Source of the DNA: OCS155 cluster bacterium AG-333-G23 | Lineage (GTDB): Bacteria > Actinomycetota > Acidimicrobiia > Actinomarinales > Actinomarinaceae | Assembly: GCA_003282445.1 (NCBI GenBank) | Contig: QBZE01000005.1 | Span: 14,172 to 78,171 of the forward strand | Direction: 5' to 3' | DNA length: 64,000 nucleotides | Part shown: in pieces, positions 25,895-35,090 of the stretch | How the letters are laid out: every line of letters begins with the position of its first letter | Numbering within the stretch: the first letter of the stretch is position 1 | Notes under the pieces: model-generated | What the model saw: the letters and a program-made list of their open reading frames with translations, nothing else | Told to the model about the DNA's origin: nothing | The model's database searches: none | Program-made: the position numbers and the translations under genes

Positions 25895-27902
25895 GTTAAC
25901 AATTTCTGCAATATTAATTTTATTACTTTTAATTCCATTTACTTTTTCTGATAGAAATGATTCAATAACTCCTCAAATACTTTCTGATTCAACCGTAGGC
26001 TTTTATCAAACATCAACATGTAGTATTTCTTTAATTGAGTTTTATTTACAGAATCAAAATGCAAATATTTATTTTAATTCAAATGACTACGCTGATATAA
26101 AATGTTTTGGAAAAATAACAGGTGTTGATAAAGTAAACAATTCATATATGGTCTCTATAGGAACAAACACTTCCATTAATTTATTGTTGCAATCTTCTTT
26201 ATGGTTCATAATTTTTTTATTGATACCAAAAAATAAAACAGAAAAAATATTTTCAATTAGATTTTCTTTATTAATACCAATATTGTTAATAACTCAATAT
26301 TTTGGAGAAAACAGATTTTATTCAAAAACAAATATTATACATAGCAATGATCTATCAATTAGTAATTACTATTTGTTTGCTGTTTTTATATTTTATTTTT
26401 TATTTTGTGTAGTTTTTTATGATGTTTTTAAAGATCGATATCTTAATTTAATAAACTATTTACCCTATGTATTTTTATTAGTAGGAACCTTTTCAGGTAT
26501 GAACTTAAATATTTATTTAATAATTGGAAGTTTATTTGGAATCCAAAGTCTAGTTATAAATAAAAAATTTAAAATGCCTGATTTTATTTACTTTATTTTC
26601 TCTATTTTCTGGTTAATAAATACAAACAATAATGAATTCTTTTTCGATGGAGACAAGTTAAGGGGTTTTTCAAATTCTTCTTATAATATTACTTCACAAA
26701 TTTTTTGGATAGTTATTTTCTATTTGTTTATAAGAGGTTTCTTATTTTTAGTTAAAGAGTCTAAAGCATACTTTGATATTGAAAAATTTATGAAAAATTC
26801 TCTTATTGTTTCCTCTTTACTTATACTATTTGGTATTTTAGGTTCTCAATCTCCAATAATTAACTTCTTTAACTTTTATATATTTGGACAAAATAAAAGA
26901 GGCATGAGGGAGTTTAGTAGCATAGCTGGAAATACTTGGAGAGGTTTCTCTTCTAGTGCTGAGTCAATTGGAGAGTTTTTTGCTTTTACATTATTAATTT
27001 TTGTTTATTGCTTAGTCTCAAAAAAAATAAATGTTTTAAATCCGTATTCTTTACTTTTATTTCCAGTGCTTTATGGACTTTATAGGGCAAATAATTTTGC
27101 CGCTATTTCATCTACAAGCCTCATTCTTCTAATTTTTTTTCTTATAAACACAAATTTTTATAAGGTCTATAGGTTTTATATTTTATCGGGAATTGCTGCT
27201 TTTTCATTTATATCTGTAATATCTTATCTTTACTTGCAAGATTATGAATACTTGAGTACAGAACTAGTCTACGAAGCAACATTACATCAAGATTTCTATG
27301 GTGATCCAAACAGCTACAAAAGCTTTTTACAAGTAGAGCAAAAAATGCAGGAAAGAGATCTTAATTCAATTCTCTATAACTCAGAAAATTTTCAGAATGC
27401 TTCAACAAGCTATAGATTTTTAGTAGATATTTTTACTCAAAATTTTAATATCCCATTCGTTCCAAATGTAGTAGCAGTCATTTCAATTATCTCGATGTTG
27501 ATCAATAGAACTGAAATGTGGGGTATTTTCATTGCTAAATATAGTCCAAATTTATTAGAAGCTATGTTTGGAAGTGGTCCAATGCAGTTAAATGGATATC
27601 TCTATAAACACGACGTAAGGCTGGATGTACCTAAGTATAAGTTAGAAGCTTTATTTTTACCCCACTCATCAATTCTTGATATTCTCATATTCTTTGGTTT
27701 TTTTGGGCTATTTATAACGGTTGGGTCAATTTTGTATTTAATAATGAAAAATTATAACTTGGGAATATTTAAGATATTAACAATTTTTATGTTGGTTAAT
27801 TTATTAAAAAGTGATTCTATTTTGTATATCAACTCATTACTGTTTTTTCTTTTTTGTATTATGGGTCTGTATTATTATGAAAACTCTGATCCAAATGAAT
27901 AA
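25884..27902 (+). CDS. O-antigen ligase/polymerase (Wzy_C)-like polytopic membrane protein
   Basis: 672 aa with many TM segments. The central loop GNTWRGFSSSAESIGEFFAFTLL resembles the O-antigen ligase domain. Confidence 0.55.
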   Translation: MKNKLTISAILILLLLIPFTFSDRNDSITPQILSDSTVGFYQTSTCSISLIEFYLQNQNANIYFNSNDYADIKCFGKITGVDKVNNSYMVSIGTNTSINLLLQSSLWFIIFLLIPKNKTEKIFSIRFSLLIPILLITQYFGENRFYSKTNIIHSNDLSISNYYLFAVFIFYFLFCVVFYDVFKDRYLNLINYLPYVFLLVGTFSGMNLNIYLIIGSLFGIQSLVINKKFKMPDFIYFIFSIFWLINTNNNEFFFDGDKLRGFSNSSYNITSQIFWIVIFYLFIRGFLFLVKESKAYFDIEKFMKNSLIVSSLLILFGILGSQSPIINFFNFYIFGQNKRGMREFSSIAGNTWRGFSSSAESIGEFFAFTLLIFVYCLVSKKINVLNPYSLLLFPVLYGLYRANNFAAISSTSLILLIFFLINTNFYKVYRFYILSGIAAFSFISVISYLYLQDYEYLSTELVYEATLHQDFYGDPNSYKSFLQVEQKMQERDLNSILYNSENFQNASTSYRFLVDIFTQNFNIPFVPNVVAVISIISMLINRTEMWGIFIAKYSPNLLEAMFGSGPMQLNGYLYKHDVRLDVPKYKLEALFLPHSSILDILIFFGFFGLFITVGSILYLIMKNYNLGIFKILTIFMLVNLLKSDSILYINSLLFFLFCIMGLYYYENSDPNE

Positions 27903-29022
27903 AGAATTAATTTATTTAACTTATCAAACTTTCCCTTCAGAAGCTGCAAATACGATACAGACAATGGACAATATAAAATATCTGAGTAGAAAAGGATACA
28001 ATGTAAAACTTATATTCCCACTTCGATCTAAAGATAGTACAGACAATAAAGATTTATTAAAAAAATACTATGGAATAAATGATGAAATCATACTTAAAGG
28101 AATAAAACACAATTTTCCTTTTGGCAAAATAAAATTTGCAGAAAAATATTTATTTATAATGAGTCATTATCTTTGGTCAAAAAAAATATGCAAAAGTTTC
28201 AAATATGAAGAAAATAAAGAAATACAATTTTTTACAAGATCCGATTGGGTTTTTTATTTTTTAAGCAAAAAAGGTTTAAATGTAATATTTGAATGTCATC
28301 AATTATCAAAAATAAGAAGATGGGTTCTAAAAAATTCAATACATAAGAAAGGAGCAAAAATTATCTTTCTTAACGAGCGATTGTTACTAGATGCAGGACC
28401 TAAAATAAAAAAATATTCAAATAAGATCAAGATTATACCAAATGGAGTAGATGATGATTTATTTTTAAATATGGATACAAAAAAAAGTGGAGAAATAGTA
28501 TTTTCTGGAAATTTACAAAGATTCAATGATAACCGAGGTTTAGATTTTATTATAAATAGTTTTTTAAATGAAAATATGCCCGAAGTATATAGCTTAAAAA
28601 TCATAGGTGGTCCCTTCTCAGAGGTTAAAAAATTGGAAGAACATGTTTCAAAACTCGGTTTAAAAGAAAAAATCAAATTTCTTGGAAGACTTGATAGAAA
28701 ATTAACAATATCCAATATAGAAAGTGCTGATATTGGCCTATTAATAAATTCTAGTAAGAACTTACATTCACTAAATTACTCTTCTCCTTTGAAATATTTT
28801 GAATATCTATTTGCTGAGATAAAAGTAGTTGCTGTTGACTTTCCTTCTCATAGAAGTCTTCCTTTTTCAGAAAATATTTCTTTTTTTAGTGAAAACAATG
28901 AAGAAAGCTTTATCAATGCTATTAGTAAAGCTTCAAAAACTAATGCATTAAAAAAGAAGGGGCTTGAAAGCATTAGCATGGAATCTAGAGTCAAGGAAAT
29001 AATCTCTTTAATAAACAGTTAG
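27895..29022 (+). CDS. GT-B glycosyltransferase (family 4-like)
   Basis: I moved the start to ATG 27895 (MNKELIYLTYQTFPSE...), which overlaps the upstream TAA. The tracked 27811 start would add a hydrophobic extension read through the upstream gene. The C-terminus SPLKYFEYLFAEIKVVA is EX7E-like. Confidence 0.65.
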   Translation: MNKELIYLTYQTFPSEAANTIQTMDNIKYLSRKGYNVKLIFPLRSKDSTDNKDLLKKYYGINDEIILKGIKHNFPFGKIKFAEKYLFIMSHYLWSKKICKSFKYEENKEIQFFTRSDWVFYFLSKKGLNVIFECHQLSKIRRWVLKNSIHKKGAKIIFLNERLLLDAGPKIKKYSNKIKIIPNGVDDDLFLNMDTKKSGEIVFSGNLQRFNDNRGLDFIINSFLNENMPEVYSLKIIGGPFSEVKKLEEHVSKLGLKEKIKFLGRLDRKLTISNIESADIGLLINSSKNLHSLNYSSPLKYFEYLFAEIKVVAVDFPSHRSLPFSENISFFSENNEESFINAISKASKTNALKKKGLESISMESRVKEIISLINS

Positions 29023-29096
29023 CACGCCTGGAGGGATTCGAACCCCCAACCCTCTGATCCGAAGTCAGATGCTCTATCCAGTTGAGCTACAGGCGT
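29023..29096 (-). tRNA. tRNA-Arg (TCG)
   Basis: The manual fold is ACGCCTG/CAGGCGT acceptor, GCTC..GAGC D arm, anticodon arm TCTGA-CTTCGGA-TCAGA and T loop TTCGAAT. G37 follows the anticodon. Confidence 0.85.
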
Positions 29097-29153
29097 AAAA
29101 TAAAATATTAAATATTAATTTTGAACATTTATATTTATATAATAGTTTCATTG

Positions 29154-29894
29154 ATGGATAGTGTTTTAATACTAAGTACAAATATAAACGTAACAAGTGT
29201 CGATGAAGTTGCAAGATTGTTACAAGAGAAAGAGTCAACAACTCTTGCGGTTTGTAATACTAATACTTTAGTTAGATCTCATAAAAACAAAGTTCTTCAA
29301 GATAAAATTAACGCATTCGATATAAGAGTTCCAGATGGCTTTCCTGTTGCAAAAGCTTCCAGTATTTTGTATAAAAACAAGCAAAAGAGAGTGGACGGAT
29401 ATAATATTTTTCATAAAACTATTGAAAAAGGTATAAAAAATAATTTAACTCATTATTTTTTTGGTAGTGATGAAGTAATTATTAAAAAACTTAAATTAAA
29501 GCTAGAAAAAAAATATCCGAATATAAATATAGTTGGTCACTCATGCCCTCCCTTCTTAAGTTATGAAGATTTAGCGAGTAATCAATATGTTGATGACTTA
29601 ATAGAAAAAAATGCTGATATTGTATGGGTTTCGTTAGGTTTTCCTAAACAAGAAGAATTTATAGATTTGTTACTAAAAAACAAAAGAATTAAATCTAATT
29701 TTGCTGCAATAGGTGCTGTTTTTGAGTGGAGTGCTGGAACAAAATTTAAAGCCCCCGAAATACTTGCAAATATGGGTGTTGAATGGATTTTTAGATTGAT
29801 TCAGGAACCTAGGAGATTGTTTAAAAGATATTTTATAGACAATTTTTTATTTATAATTTACATCATAAAACAAATTGTAAGTAATAAGCGATAA
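29154..29894 (+). CDS. WecG/TagA/CpsF-family (GT26) glycosyltransferase
   Basis: It has VPDGFPV, VSLGFPKQEEF and GVEWIFRLIQEPRRLFKRY. I preferred ATG 29154 over TTG 29121 because the tRNA-Arg promoter must lie in 29097-29150. Confidence 0.8.
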   Translation: MDSVLILSTNINVTSVDEVARLLQEKESTTLAVCNTNTLVRSHKNKVLQDKINAFDIRVPDGFPVAKASSILYKNKQKRVDGYNIFHKTIEKGIKNNLTHYFFGSDEVIIKKLKLKLEKKYPNINIVGHSCPPFLSYEDLASNQYVDDLIEKNADIVWVSLGFPKQEEFIDLLLKNKRIKSNFAAIGAVFEWSAGTKFKAPEILANMGVEWIFRLIQEPRRLFKRYFIDNFLFIIYIIKQIVSNKR

Positions 29895-29910
29895 GTAGAA
29901 AAGTACAATA

Positions 29911-31548
29911 ATGAAAATAGTTGAATCTTTAATCGAAGAAATTTCTACTCTATTTGATGAATACAGTATCAGTGAAGAAATAGATTTTAAAATATCACAT
30001 ATACAAAGTTTTGATTATCAAATAAATAATTTAGTTAAGTATCAAAAAAATAAAAAAATTGATGAGATAGTTGATAAAATAAATGTTCTTCTAGCAGAAC
30101 ATAATGTAGTTGAAGATTTTGAAATAACAAAAAACTATTTTATAAATATAAGAATAAATTTAGATAGCTGTGAGAAATTTTTATCAAATATTAAGGATAA
30201 CTTGTTAACTTCAGAGCCTAAAAAAATACTCATAGACTACGGTGGTCCTAATATAGGAAAGCCATTGCATGTTGGGCATTTAAGGTCTCTTAATATTGGT
30301 AGAAGCTTAAAAGAAATAAATAAGACAGTAGGCCATAAAGTTACAACCGATATACATCTCGGTGATTGGGGAATGCCGATTGCACAAATAATTGCATTTT
30401 GTGAGAAAGAAAATATTGATATAAAAACTATAACTGCAGAAAAATTAATAGATATATATCCAAAAGCTTCTACTCTTTATTCTGACTCAGAAGATTTTCA
30501 AAATTTAGCTAAAGAAAAAAATAAAGAACTAAATAATCAAGAAAAAATAGTTATGGAACAGTGGTCTTTATTAAAGAAAATATCAATTGAATCAATTACG
30601 GAGACTCTGAATCTATTGAATCATGATTTTGATTTATGGCTTGGTGAAAGTGACGTTAATGAATTAATTGAACCTATGATTAAATCATTAAAAAAAGAAG
30701 GTAAGCTTCAAATCGATGATAATGCATTAGTAAGCACCCAAAATGAAGATCCAAAAATTCTTATTGCAAAATCTGATGGTTCTTATCTTTATTTAACTAC
30801 GGACCTTGCAACTATAATAGATAGGCTTAACAATAATGACTTTGATATTGCCCTTTACGTTGTTGATAGCAGACAAAAATTACACTTTAATCAACTATTT
30901 AAGACTGTGGAGTATTTTGATTTTCCAAAAAGAGACTATCAACATATAGATTTTGGAACAATAAATAATATGGAAGGTAAGCCTTTTAAAACAAGGGAAG
31001 GTGGTACCGAAAAATTAATTTCTCTTTATAATCAAACATTTGAATATATACAAAATATAAATAAGGACTTAGATGAAAACACTATTCATAAATTATCTAA
31101 CACTGTATTAACTTATAGCGATTTATTAACAAATAGAAAAACTGACTATAAATTTAATTTAAAAAAATTTACTAATATTTCTGGGAAAACAGGAATATAT
31201 GTACAGTATGCACAAGTTAGAGCGAAAAAAATAATTCTAAATTCAAAATTTGAACAAGATTCTAATAAATTGTTTATATCTAATACTTCCGAACGAAACC
31301 TAGTAATTGGATTACTAAATCTTGAGCTTATTTTAAATCAATCAATAAAGTATAGCGAACCTCACCATCTTGCTAATTATCTTTACGAAATTAGTAATTT
31401 GTTTAATATTTTTTATCAAGAGGAAAATATTTTAAATTTAAATGATGAAGCATCCAAAAAATCAAAACTTATTTTAATAAACTACTTTTTAAAGATTTCG
31501 GAACTAGTTTTTAAATGTCTTGGAATGGAAACAGTAGAAGAAATGTAG
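29911..31548 (+). CDS. argS: Arginine--tRNA ligase
   Basis: 545 aa. It has the class-I HIGH motif, PLHVGHLRS, and an ArgS-type C-terminal anticodon-binding region. Confidence 0.9.
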   Translation: MKIVESLIEEISTLFDEYSISEEIDFKISHIQSFDYQINNLVKYQKNKKIDEIVDKINVLLAEHNVVEDFEITKNYFINIRINLDSCEKFLSNIKDNLLTSEPKKILIDYGGPNIGKPLHVGHLRSLNIGRSLKEINKTVGHKVTTDIHLGDWGMPIAQIIAFCEKENIDIKTITAEKLIDIYPKASTLYSDSEDFQNLAKEKNKELNNQEKIVMEQWSLLKKISIESITETLNLLNHDFDLWLGESDVNELIEPMIKSLKKEGKLQIDDNALVSTQNEDPKILIAKSDGSYLYLTTDLATIIDRLNNNDFDIALYVVDSRQKLHFNQLFKTVEYFDFPKRDYQHIDFGTINNMEGKPFKTREGGTEKLISLYNQTFEYIQNINKDLDENTIHKLSNTVLTYSDLLTNRKTDYKFNLKKFTNISGKTGIYVQYAQVRAKKIILNSKFEQDSNKLFISNTSERNLVIGLLNLELILNQSIKYSEPHHLANYLYEISNLFNIFYQEENILNLNDEASKKSKLILINYFLKISELVFKCLGMETVEEM

Positions 31549-31549
31549 T

Positions 31550-32092
31550 TTATAAAAAGACTTGTGAAGATATAATCCAAACAAACAAAGTAAAACTATA
31601 AGATATATTGTCAATAAAATTTAATGATGTTCTAAAAGTATGTTGTAAAAATAAAATTAACGGAACTGCAATAAAACCGGCGAAAGAAACTGACTTACCT
31701 ATTGATGAAATATCATTCATTATCATTGTCTCTGAACCAATAAAAAATTGAAAAAGCATTAAAGAGACTAGCGATATTCCAATTGAATAAATTATATTAA
31801 ATATCAAATCTTTAAATGATGAGTTATAAATTTTAAATACATTTAGGAACTCAATAGGAATAAATAAAATAAATAATGCAATAAAAAACAGGATAAGACA
31901 CCAAAACAAACCTTGGCCGCTCCATGTAATAATGGTTCTATCTATTCTTTCAGTTGCTTCAAGAAATAAATAGACAGAATAACCAGAAAATATAGTTCCT
32001 AAAGAAAAAAGATACAATCCAAATATACTTAGAAAATTCTTTGATTCAAATGTAAAGTTTAATTCACTATTTGTTATGTTTTCATATTGCAT
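31550..32092 (-). CDS. Hypothetical polytopic membrane protein
   Basis: 180 aa with about 5 TM segments. No family was recognised. Confidence 0.45.
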   Translation of the reverse strand: MQYENITNSELNFTFESKNFLSIFGLYLFSLGTIFSGYSVYLFLEATERIDRTIITWSGQGLFWCLILFFIALFILFIPIEFLNVFKIYNSSFKDLIFNIIYSIGISLVSLMLFQFFIGSETMIMNDISSIGKSVSFAGFIAVPLILFLQHTFRTSLNFIDNISYSFTLFVWIISSQVFL

Positions 32093-32136
32093 ACTGTCAT
32101 ATATTAATGTTTTTTATATTAAAATAAATAGTAATT

Positions 32137-32340
32137 ATGGAATTAATTGATACACCAAATCCGAATGCAAAGAAAATAGACATTGAGGTACAAGAACATA
32201 CAATTTCAGAAGATTTAAATAAAATAGAAGGCGTGACATCTGTTTTTTTTGGTCCTGGTTTTGTAACTATCACAAAAGAAGAAAATACAGAGTGGGAATC
32301 AATAAATCAAGATATTATTAACATCTTTGATAAACTGTAA
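32137..32340 (+). CDS. Nfu/NifU N-terminal-domain-like small protein
   Basis: 67 aa. TPNPNAKK...GVTSVFFGPGFVTITKEE matches the Nfu_N scaffold-domain pattern. Confidence 0.55.
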   Translation: MELIDTPNPNAKKIDIEVQEHTISEDLNKIEGVTSVFFGPGFVTITKEENTEWESINQDIINIFDKL

Positions 32341-32343
32341 TAT

Positions 32344-32955
32344 ATGGAAACATTTAATCAAGACCCCAAGCCTGGAAGACTTGTTCTCCCACTTGTTCTT
32401 ATTGGAATGATTGCAACTACTTATACATTTGTAAATAGAGTTGCGACAAATAATGATCTTGATGTTTCTGTTGTTGAAGAAGAAGTCGTCACAGAAGAAG
32501 AAACTACTGAAGACACTACCACAACATCTTCTACAACAACTACAACATTGCCAGATGAAGTTGTTACATATCTTGAAGAAATACAAGCAGAAAAAGTGCA
32601 ATCTGACGAATTAGGCCAAACAGTTCTAGAAGCTAATGAAAAGTGGGATGATGAACTCTCAACTTATCAAGAAGCAAAAGATGAATTTGCAAAGTTTATA
32701 GAAGATGCTGAACAGTTTGTTGAAACAGTATCTGAGCCTGGACCTCCAAGTACTTTTGCTAATTTAGTAACTAGTCATGATGAATTAAAGGTTCTAGCAA
32801 ATTTAATCTATGAAGACACTAAAGAATTGCTAGAAGGCTTAACCTCATCAGATACTGGTGAAAGAAGAGCAGCCGCTTTAGATTCTTTTAATAAAAACTT
32901 GGCTTTATTTCAACAAAAGATTGAAGAAACGATAGCTTCTGCAACTTCTAGCTAG
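32344..32955 (+). CDS. Membrane-anchored acidic Thr/Glu-rich hypothetical protein
   Basis: 203 aa. It has one N-terminal TM segment, then the linker EEEVVTEEETTEDTTTTSSTTTTT, then a helical acidic domain. Confidence 0.45.
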   Translation: METFNQDPKPGRLVLPLVLIGMIATTYTFVNRVATNNDLDVSVVEEEVVTEEETTEDTTTTSSTTTTTLPDEVVTYLEEIQAEKVQSDELGQTVLEANEKWDDELSTYQEAKDEFAKFIEDAEQFVETVSEPGPPSTFANLVTSHDELKVLANLIYEDTKELLEGLTSSDTGERRAAALDSFNKNLALFQQKIEETIASATSS

Positions 32956-33976
32956 AAGCTGCTGAACAGACAGTATCAATCATTAACATAGCAATTACAT
33001 AAGGATCTGCATTCGCGTTTGGTCTTCTGTCTTCCAGATATCCTTTTTTGTCTACCTCTACCTGCCAAGGTATTCTGATTGAAGCTCCTCTATCACTAAC
33101 ACCATAAGAAAAAGTGTCAAATTTCTGAGTTTCATGATCACCGGTTAGACGGTCTTCAATCCCTGAACCATAATTTTTAACATGAAGTTCGGCATTTTTT
33201 CCTAAGGCTTCACATCCAGCAATAATGGCTTCATATCCTCCATCTTCTCTCATCTGTTTTGTAGAAAAGTTTGTATGCATTCCTGCACCATTCCAATCAC
33301 CTTTTACAGGTTTCGGATCTAATGTAGCTGATATATTATAATCTTCAGCAATTCTATAAAGCAACCATCTTGCTACCCAAATATGATCTCCAATTTCAGG
33401 TGCTCCAACAGGGCCTATCTGAAATTCCCATTGTCCAGGCATCACTTCTGCGTTAGTTCCAGAAATTTCTAGACCAGCTGCCATGCATGCTGAAGCATGT
33501 TCCTCAGAGATGTCTCTTCCATAAACTTCATCTGCTCCAACTCCGCAATAATAACCTCCTTGGGGTGCTGGATAACCAGAAGGAGGAAACCCTAATGGTT
33601 GGCCATATTTGAGTGAATCATAAGACTGCTCATAAAATGTGTACTCTTGCTCTAAACCAAACATCGGTTCAAATTCAGCAAAATTTTCAGCTGCTGCCTC
33701 ACATGCTGCTCTTGTGTTTGTAGTATGTGGAGTCATATCTACATTTAATACTTCACACATAACTAAGATGTTGTCTCCACCCCTTATAGGATCATGAAAG
33801 GTAGAAACAGGCTTAAGAACACAATCTGAATTATCCCCTGTTGCTTGCTCTGTACTTGAACCATCAAACCCCCATATTGGTGGCTCTGTTCCTTTTTCCA
33901 TTATTTTTGTTTTACTCCTTAATTTACTGGTAGGAGTTTTCCCATCTATCCATATATATTCTGCTTTTATTTTCAT
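32948..33976 (-). CDS. glnII: Glutamine synthetase type II
   Basis: I set the start at Met41 of the tracked ORF (ATG 33976). MKIKAEYIWIDG..., GFDGSST, EQEY and KPVKGDWNGAGMHTNFS are GSII hallmarks. The product is about 342 aa. Confidence 0.9.
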   Translation of the reverse strand: MKIKAEYIWIDGKTPTSKLRSKTKIMEKGTEPPIWGFDGSSTEQATGDNSDCVLKPVSTFHDPIRGGDNILVMCEVLNVDMTPHTTNTRAACEAAAENFAEFEPMFGLEQEYTFYEQSYDSLKYGQPLGFPPSGYPAPQGGYYCGVGADEVYGRDISEEHASACMAAGLEISGTNAEVMPGQWEFQIGPVGAPEIGDHIWVARWLLYRIAEDYNISATLDPKPVKGDWNGAGMHTNFSTKQMREDGGYEAIIAGCEALGKNAELHVKNYGSGIEDRLTGDHETQKFDTFSYGVSDRGASIRIPWQVEVDKKGYLEDRRPNANADPYVIAMLMIDTVCSAASS

Positions 33977-34044
33977 ATTTACTAATGTAGTATTTAATTT
34001 AAATATTTGGAAATCCCAAAATATTAAATTATTGTTTCGAGAAT

Positions 34045-34674
34045 ATGATGAATGGATATATAAATTTAGATAAAGAACATAGTGATTTTCTATCAATATT
34101 TGACAATATTGGTGTTAAAAAACTTTCATTAAAGAAGCTTGAGAGCCAAAATGAAGTTGATATTGTTTTGACTTCTTTATCGAAATACGGAGAAACAAAG
34201 AAAAACTTGTCTGATATAGAAACTTCAAGCAAACCTTTACCAACTTTAATAATTGCAAACAACAAAGAATTTGATCAAGCTATTGATTTAATAAGTAACG
34301 ATAGGATTGAGGTAGTTTCAAATCAAAGTCGTGTAAGTGAAGTTAATGCAAGAATTAATTCGCTACTTGGTGATAGCAGTGCAGAAAAATTAGAATTTAA
34401 AGATTTAGTAATAAATCTTAAAACTTATGAAGCAATAATAGACGGGGTTCTTTTAGATTTGACTTTTATGGAATATGAATTATTAAAATTTTTTATTGAG
34501 AATCAGGAAAACGTTTGGTCTAGAGAAGAACTATTAGAAAAAGTTTGGGGTTATGATTATTTTGGAGGAGCCCGAACAGTAGATGTTCACGTTAGAAGAT
34601 TAAGATCTAAGCTAGGTGAAAAAAGATTAGATTGGATTAAAACTGTACACTCAGTTGGATATAAATTTAACTAA
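34045..34674 (+). CDS. OmpR/PhoB-type winged-helix regulator with a degenerate receiver domain (GlnR-like orphan)
   Basis: The C-terminus is LTFMEYELLKFF...VWSREELLEKVWGYDYFGGARTVDVHVRRLRSKLG...VHSVGYKF. In the N-terminal half, DIVLTSLS replaces the usual D-x-x-x-x-D phospho-acceptor block. The gene is divergent from glnII. Confidence 0.65.
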   Translation: MMNGYINLDKEHSDFLSIFDNIGVKKLSLKKLESQNEVDIVLTSLSKYGETKKNLSDIETSSKPLPTLIIANNKEFDQAIDLISNDRIEVVSNQSRVSEVNARINSLLGDSSAEKLEFKDLVINLKTYEAIIDGVLLDLTFMEYELLKFFIENQENVWSREELLEKVWGYDYFGGARTVDVHVRRLRSKLGEKRLDWIKTVHSVGYKFN

Positions 34675-35014
34675 AGCTATTCCCGCAGCCGCAAGTTCTT
34701 GAAACATTTGGGTTATCAATAGAAAAACCCGTCTCCATCAAACCTTCTTTGTAGTCAAGTGTTGCTCCTTGAATATGTGTAGTACTTTCGGAATCCACTA
34801 CTATATTGACCCCTTCATATTCTTCAACAGAATCTCCTTCGAACTTTTCTGTATCGAAAAACATTTCATAAGAGTACCCTGAGCAACCCCCAGGTTTTAC
34901 TCCCATTCTTAAAAAACTATTTTCTGAATCTTCAGCAAGCTTTAATTCTTGAAGTTTTTTAACTGCACTATCAGTAGCCATGACTACTCTTGATGATTTT
35001 ATTGATATATCCAT
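34667..35014 (-). CDS. Fe-S cluster insertion protein (HesB/IscA/ErpA family)
   Basis: 115 aa with GGCSGYSY and C-terminal CGCGNSF. Confidence 0.85.
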   Translation of the reverse strand: MDISIKSSRVVMATDSAVKKLQELKLAEDSENSFLRMGVKPGGCSGYSYEMFFDTEKFEGDSVEEYEGVNIVVDSESTTHIQGATLDYKEGLMETGFSIDNPNVSRTCGCGNSFS

Positions 35015-35090
35015 AGACTAATTATAGCAAATACTGTATTTTGTTAAAAATTTATTATTATAAGTAATCTTTTCATAATAAGATATCAAT

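Noticed and set aside
22323-29153. An integrated mobile element or prophage remnant at the tRNA genes.
   Set aside because: I saw no integrase, transposase, phage genes or duplicated tRNA 3'-end att repeats. All intervening genes are glycan-synthesis or housekeeping types.
33977-34044. A GlnR box (gTnAc-N6-GaAAc type) in the glnII/regulator spacer.
   Set aside because: Only one clear GAAAC half-site is present (complement of GTTTC at about 34034-34038). The rest of the spacer is generic AT-rich sequence. That is not enough to call a site without comparative data.
33977-34096. N-terminal extensions in the ORF track: glnII from 34096, GT4 from 27811, rbsK from 62334, rpsF from 59182, the EIIC2 gene from 51590, and the TagA-like gene from 29121.
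   Set aside because: The extensions read through upstream genes or promoters and have no similarity to the families. Internal ATGs coincide with conserved family N-termini and/or SD sequences or stop-start overlaps.
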